A stretch of DNA of 63,738 nucleotides. It comes from Caldilineales bacterium (GTDB lineage Bacteria > Chloroflexota > Anaerolineae > JAAEKA01). This document shows, piece by piece, positions 60,050 to 63,738 of the stretch (position 1 is the stretch's first letter; each line of letters begins with the position of its first letter). Below the pieces are notes generated by a model. That model did not search any database and was not told the DNA's origin. It was given only the letters and a program-made list of their open reading frames with translations. The stretch covers positions 1 through 63,738 of the forward strand of contig JANWYQ010000088.1 of assembly GCA_025055015.1 (NCBI GenBank). The letters are read 5' to 3'. A program made the position numbers and the translations under genes.

Positions 60050-60676
60050 TCACAAATCCACAATCCGCCACGGGTAGACGTTCACCACCGTGGTGGCGCC
60101 GTACTGGGTGACGGTGACCTCGTCGGGGCGGTAGACGTGCTTGTGGCCGTGCAGCAGGTAGCGCGGCTTGAAGGTGCGCATCAGCCACAGAAAGCTCTCA
60201 AAGCCCTGGTGGGCCGGGTCGGGGCCGTCGTGAATGCCGGCCGGCGGGCTGTGGGTGATCAGGATGTCCAGGCTGCGGCCGTAGCGCAGCCGGTTCCAGG
60301 CCAGCTTGGCAGCCAGCCGGCCGGCCTTGCGCCACATCTCCGCCTGAGTGTACTGAAACCGCGGGTTGCGGTTGTAGCGAATGGAGCCCTCCAGGCCGGC
60401 GAGGATCACCCCCCTCGCCACTATGGTGCGCTCGTCCAAGTCCATGAACAGCCGGGGGGGACGCTGGTAGGGGTTGACGTGCTCGAACTCGGCGCCGGCG
60501 GCATGGTTGCCGTGCACCAGGAAGCAGGGCACGTCCAACACGCTGGCCAGGTAGTCAATGTAGTAGAGGGGCAGGTCGCCGCAGCTCAGCACCAGGTCAA
60601 CCTGCCCCACGGTCTGTCGCAGTGAAGGGCCATAGAGCAGGGGCACAACCTTGTCGCTAACGGCCAGGATGCGCAT
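60050..60676 (-). CDS. Metallophosphoesterase (calcineurin-like)
   Basis: AVSD, CGDL, GNH, THSPP, HGHKH. Confidence 0.9.
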   Translation of the reverse strand: MRILAVSDKVVPLLYGPSLRQTVGQVDLVLSCGDLPLYYIDYLASVLDVPCFLVHGNHAAGAEFEHVNPYQRPPRLFMDLDERTIVARGVILAGLEGSIRYNRNPRFQYTQAEMWRKAGRLAAKLAWNRLRYGRSLDILITHSPPAGIHDGPDPAHQGFESFLWLMRTFKPRYLLHGHKHVYRPDEVTVTQYGATTVVNVYPWRIVDL

Positions 60677-60679
60677 GGC

Positions 60680-62608
60680 TCACGGGTTGCCGCCGGCCGC
60701 CAGCCAGTCGCGCCAGAACGCGGCCGCCAGGTAGTCGGTCAGAGGGTTGGACTGGAGCTGGATGGCCAGCTCGCGGTTGCGCTTAGCCGAGGCCTCGCTG
60801 CCGTTGAGGCTGCCCACGTGGAGCCAGCCGCGGCCGCCTGCCTGCACCAGCACCATCTTGTTGTGGATGCCGCTTCCGGTAGGGTTGCCCAAGCGCACCT
60901 CTAGGTCTAGCCCCTCGGCGCGCGCCACTTGGCTCAAGTAGGCCACGGTGGTTGCGTTCCCGCCGGTGTCGAAGAACGCGTCCAACAGGATGCGCACCCG
61001 AGCCCCGCGGCGGGCTGCGTCGAGGTAGGCATTCAGCCGCGGGTTGGGCGCGGTCTGCGGCGTGTCGGTCGAGCGGCCCCAGTGCTCCCGCTCGTAGAGC
61101 TGCTCCACCAGCACCGTGTCGCCGGGCCCGGCCATGGCCACCATGCCCAGCAGCCCGCCGTAAGCCGGCGGCGCTAGGGCGGCCTCCGGCGCCTGCACGA
61201 ACTGGGCCGTGAGATCGCCGAAAACCGTCGCCGGTTGAGCGATCACGGGGTTGTAGAAGGTGCCGCCCGACTGGGTGCTGGGCACAAAGCCGGCCGGCGG
61301 CGCGCCGTATTTGGGGTCGGACGCGGTCCAGCGGACCAGGTCGCGGTGGTTGGCCGGGTCCAGGTCGTCCCGGAACAGGGCCAGCGCGTGGGCGACCAGG
61401 GGCGCGGCGTCGGTGACGATGGCCGCGCCGCGGCGGCCGGCGGTGCCGTCGGACTTGTCGTCGTCGGGCATAGCGTCGGGCGTGAAGTTCTCAGAGCTGA
61501 TCAGCAGCAAGCGCCTGTCCACCACTGCGTACTTGGCGTGGAGGTGCTCATAGCGCTCGTGGGTGGCGTCGTTGCGGTCGGAGACCATGAACCACACGTG
61601 CCCGCCTGCTGCCTCGATGAGCTGCGCGCAGTAGCGCTCTTGGTGGGTGATGCCGCCCACCGGGCTCCCCTCCAGCAGCACCACCACCTGGACACCCCGA
61701 GCCGCGCGGTTGGCCAGGGTTTGGGCCAGGGCCACGTGCTCGAAGGTGTAGCTGCTCAGGCGGATGCTGCGCTGGGCCGAGGCCAGGACAGCGTTCACCA
61801 GGTCGAAGATGTTGTCCGGCGCCAGGGCCACTGTGAAGGTGCCGCTGGCAACGATGAGAGGCGGCCGGCCGAACTCCTCCAGGTTCCAGCCGGGGTATTG
61901 GACGCGACGTCCGGTGATGTGGTCGGCCGGGTCCTGGGCCCAGTCGGCGGCCGTGTCGGTGTCGGCGATCGGCCGGCCGGTGGCCCAGTCGGGCTTGCGG
62001 TAGAGCACCTGGCCCTCGGCAGGGAAGGCGGTGGTGGGCGCGTAGGGCTGCACGCTGGGGCCGCTCCAGCCGGGCTGGTTAACGTTGCCCTGTTCGTACA
62101 CCAGCGCGTCCACCAAGGTGAGCGGCGCCGCGCGCTGCAGCAGCGCTTGGCTGCCGGCGTTGGCGAAGCGCAGCACGCCGCCCGTCAGGTTTGGCACGGT
62201 GGGGTCGGAGTCCAGACCCCACTCGCAGGCCGGCTTGAAGCCGAACACGGTCCAAAAGGCCTCGGCGCTGTAGGCGCACCACAGGCCCGCGCCGGCCGGC
62301 GCCGTCAAGGCCGGGAACGCGGCGGTGCGGCGGCCGTCGCTCAGGGTGTAGCCCGCCAAACTGGCCGCATGGTTGCTGACGTTCCAGAGCTGGACGGCCT
62401 CGTCCGGCTCGTCAGTCATTAGCCCGTCGTAGTAGAGGGCGGAAATCCGCCACACCGGATGATGGCTGGCGGCCAGGGGGAGGAAGACGGTGCGCGGTGA
62501 AGAGGGCGACGCAGCTTGGGTTGTGCTGCCGGCCAGCACAACGCCGATCACCAGGGCGAGGGCTGCGACTGCGGGCCGCAGCCGTTGCCAGCGCCAGGTC
62601 GTGCACAT
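60680..62608 (-). CDS. Secreted lamin-tail-domain / phospholipase D family protein
   Basis: Signal peptide; DEAVQLWN LTD-like motif; HAKYAVVD and HNKMVLVQ...GSLN motifs. Confidence 0.8.
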   Translation of the reverse strand: MCTTWRWQRLRPAVAALALVIGVVLAGSTTQAASPSSPRTVFLPLAASHHPVWRISALYYDGLMTDEPDEAVQLWNVSNHAASLAGYTLSDGRRTAAFPALTAPAGAGLWCAYSAEAFWTVFGFKPACEWGLDSDPTVPNLTGGVLRFANAGSQALLQRAAPLTLVDALVYEQGNVNQPGWSGPSVQPYAPTTAFPAEGQVLYRKPDWATGRPIADTDTAADWAQDPADHITGRRVQYPGWNLEEFGRPPLIVASGTFTVALAPDNIFDLVNAVLASAQRSIRLSSYTFEHVALAQTLANRAARGVQVVVLLEGSPVGGITHQERYCAQLIEAAGGHVWFMVSDRNDATHERYEHLHAKYAVVDRRLLLISSENFTPDAMPDDDKSDGTAGRRGAAIVTDAAPLVAHALALFRDDLDPANHRDLVRWTASDPKYGAPPAGFVPSTQSGGTFYNPVIAQPATVFGDLTAQFVQAPEAALAPPAYGGLLGMVAMAGPGDTVLVEQLYEREHWGRSTDTPQTAPNPRLNAYLDAARRGARVRILLDAFFDTGGNATTVAYLSQVARAEGLDLEVRLGNPTGSGIHNKMVLVQAGGRGWLHVGSLNGSEASAKRNRELAIQLQSNPLTDYLAAAFWRDWLAAGGNP

Positions 62609-62808
62609 GGAAGTCGCCTCGCAACAAAAGGTGGTGTCAAGGGGCGTGCATGCCACCGCGCGCAGGGTGGGCTGCTTGCCACGAATGACACGAGCTGAAC
62701 AAAGGGAAAAAGGCCTGTGGTCCCGTGGGCAGTGTTCGTGGCCAAGCCTAAACTGAGTGCATGGACCTGGTGGCATGAGGGCTCGCTGACGTCGGCCGTC
62801 TTGTTTTC

Positions 62809-62876
62809 ATTATAGCGCAGAGCCAAAGGTTGCCAACTCTCCGAGAGTTGGCAACCCTGGCGGAATGTGCTATCAT
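62809..62876. promoter_or_regulatory. Divergent promoters built on a GGTTGCCAAC hairpin repeat
   Basis: Hairpin 62828-62856; TTGGCA-17-TATCAT on + (tRNA-Arg) and TTGGCA-16-TATAAT on - (PLD gene). Confidence 0.65.
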
Positions 62877-62885
62877 GGCAGCGCT

Positions 62886-62958
62886 GCCCCCGTAGCTCAG
62901 AGGAAAGAGCGAGGGTTTCCTAAACCCTGCGTCGCAGGTTCGAGTCCTGCCGGGGGCG
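62886..62958 (+). tRNA. tRNA-Arg(CCT)
   Basis: GCCCCCG acceptor; agggt-TTCCTAA-accct anticodon arm; GGTTCGAGTCC. Confidence 0.96.
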
Positions 62959-63021
62959 CCTGTTGCGTCCACGGGCAGAGCGATGCCTGGTCGTGTCGCA
63001 AGGGTTCAGGCGCAGCACCGT

Positions 63022-63090
63022 AAACCACCGAGGCACGAAGGCCACGCAACCATGGCTTTGTGTTCCTTCGTGTCCTTGTGACTTTGTGGT
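63022..63090. repeat. CACGAAG/CTTCGTG imperfect inverted repeat (REP-like)
   Basis: aaccaccgaggcacgaaggccacg ... cttcgtgtccttgtgactttgtggt. Confidence 0.55.
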
Positions 63091-63137
63091 GGAACAAGGG
63101 CTGAGCAAAACCGTTACTGGTGCTGCTAGGACGTTGC

Positions 63138-63695
63138 ATGCGCTTTCTTCCCACTGATATCCCCGACGTCGTGCTGATCGAGCCCCAGGTGTTCGGCGAC
63201 GAGCGGGGCTTCTTTATGGAAACCTACCAGCAGGAGAAGTTCGCCGCCGCCGGCATCACGGCCTCCTTCGTGCAGGACAACCACTCTGGCTCTCGGCAGG
63301 GGATCCTCCGGGGTCTGCACTACCAGATTCGCCAGCCCCAGGGCAAGCTGGTGCGGGTGGTGGTGGGCGCGGTGTGGGACGTGGCCGTGGACCTGCGGCG
63401 CGGCTCGCCCACCTTTGGCCGGTGGGTGGCGACGGAGCTGTCGGCGGAGAACCGGCGGCAGCTGTGGATCCCGCCCGGCTTTGCCCACGGCTTTTACGTG
63501 CTCAGCCCGTGGGCGGAGGTGATCTACAAGGTGACCGACTACTACGCCCCCCAATGGGACCGCACCTTGCGCTGGGACGACCCGACGGTGGGTATCGCCT
63601 GGCCCCTGCTGAACGGCCAGCCGCCCATCCTCTCCGCCAAGGACGCGCAGGGGCGGTGGTGGGACGAGGCGGAGAAGTTTGACGGGTTTCGTTGA
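63138..63695 (+). CDS. rfbC: dTDP-4-dehydrorhamnose 3,5-epimerase
   Basis: FGDERGFFME, FVQDNHS, RGLHYQ, GKLVRV, PPGFAHGF. Confidence 0.97.
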   Translation: MRFLPTDIPDVVLIEPQVFGDERGFFMETYQQEKFAAAGITASFVQDNHSGSRQGILRGLHYQIRQPQGKLVRVVVGAVWDVAVDLRRGSPTFGRWVATELSAENRRQLWIPPGFAHGFYVLSPWAEVIYKVTDYYAPQWDRTLRWDDPTVGIAWPLLNGQPPILSAKDAQGRWWDEAEKFDGFR

Positions 63696-63738
63696 TGTGA
63701 AGGCTGGCAGTTCGTGTCGAAGATTAGTAGGTCACTAG

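Overview
High-GC bacterial chromosomal window, most likely Chloroflexota (Anaerolineae/Caldilineae-like). This assignment is inferred from YLPL-type motifs in secreted proteins, archaeal-type mevalonate genes (isopentenyl phosphate kinase plus AcnX/DUF126 small subunit), archaeal/eukaryote-type ProS and an F420-type DDN reductase. The window is mostly housekeeping and metabolism: def, yitJ, korAB, selA, rseP, secG, proS, rfbC, a LacI-regulated alpha-glucoside ABC/amylosucrase operon, five tRNAs and a probable 6S RNA. It also holds six large secreted hydrolases and several decayed accessory relics (MNT-HEPN, VapBC, HicAB, AlbA_2). No CRISPR array, integrase or transposase was seen. Best novelty candidates: (1) a ~100-aa C-terminal domain ending S-x-RVGEF(D/E)F-x-L-x-x-G shared by three different secreted enzymes, alongside two other targeting-like motifs, suggesting a lineage-specific protein sorting system; (2) an HTH / structured RNA with a 3-codon uORF and terminator-antiterminator / small protein / second RNA switch / HNH nuclease locus next to tRNA-Val; (3) a GGTTGCCAAC hairpin repeat that appears to act as a terminator at one site and as a two-way -35 donor at another. 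All family calls come from motif recognition by eye, not database searches.
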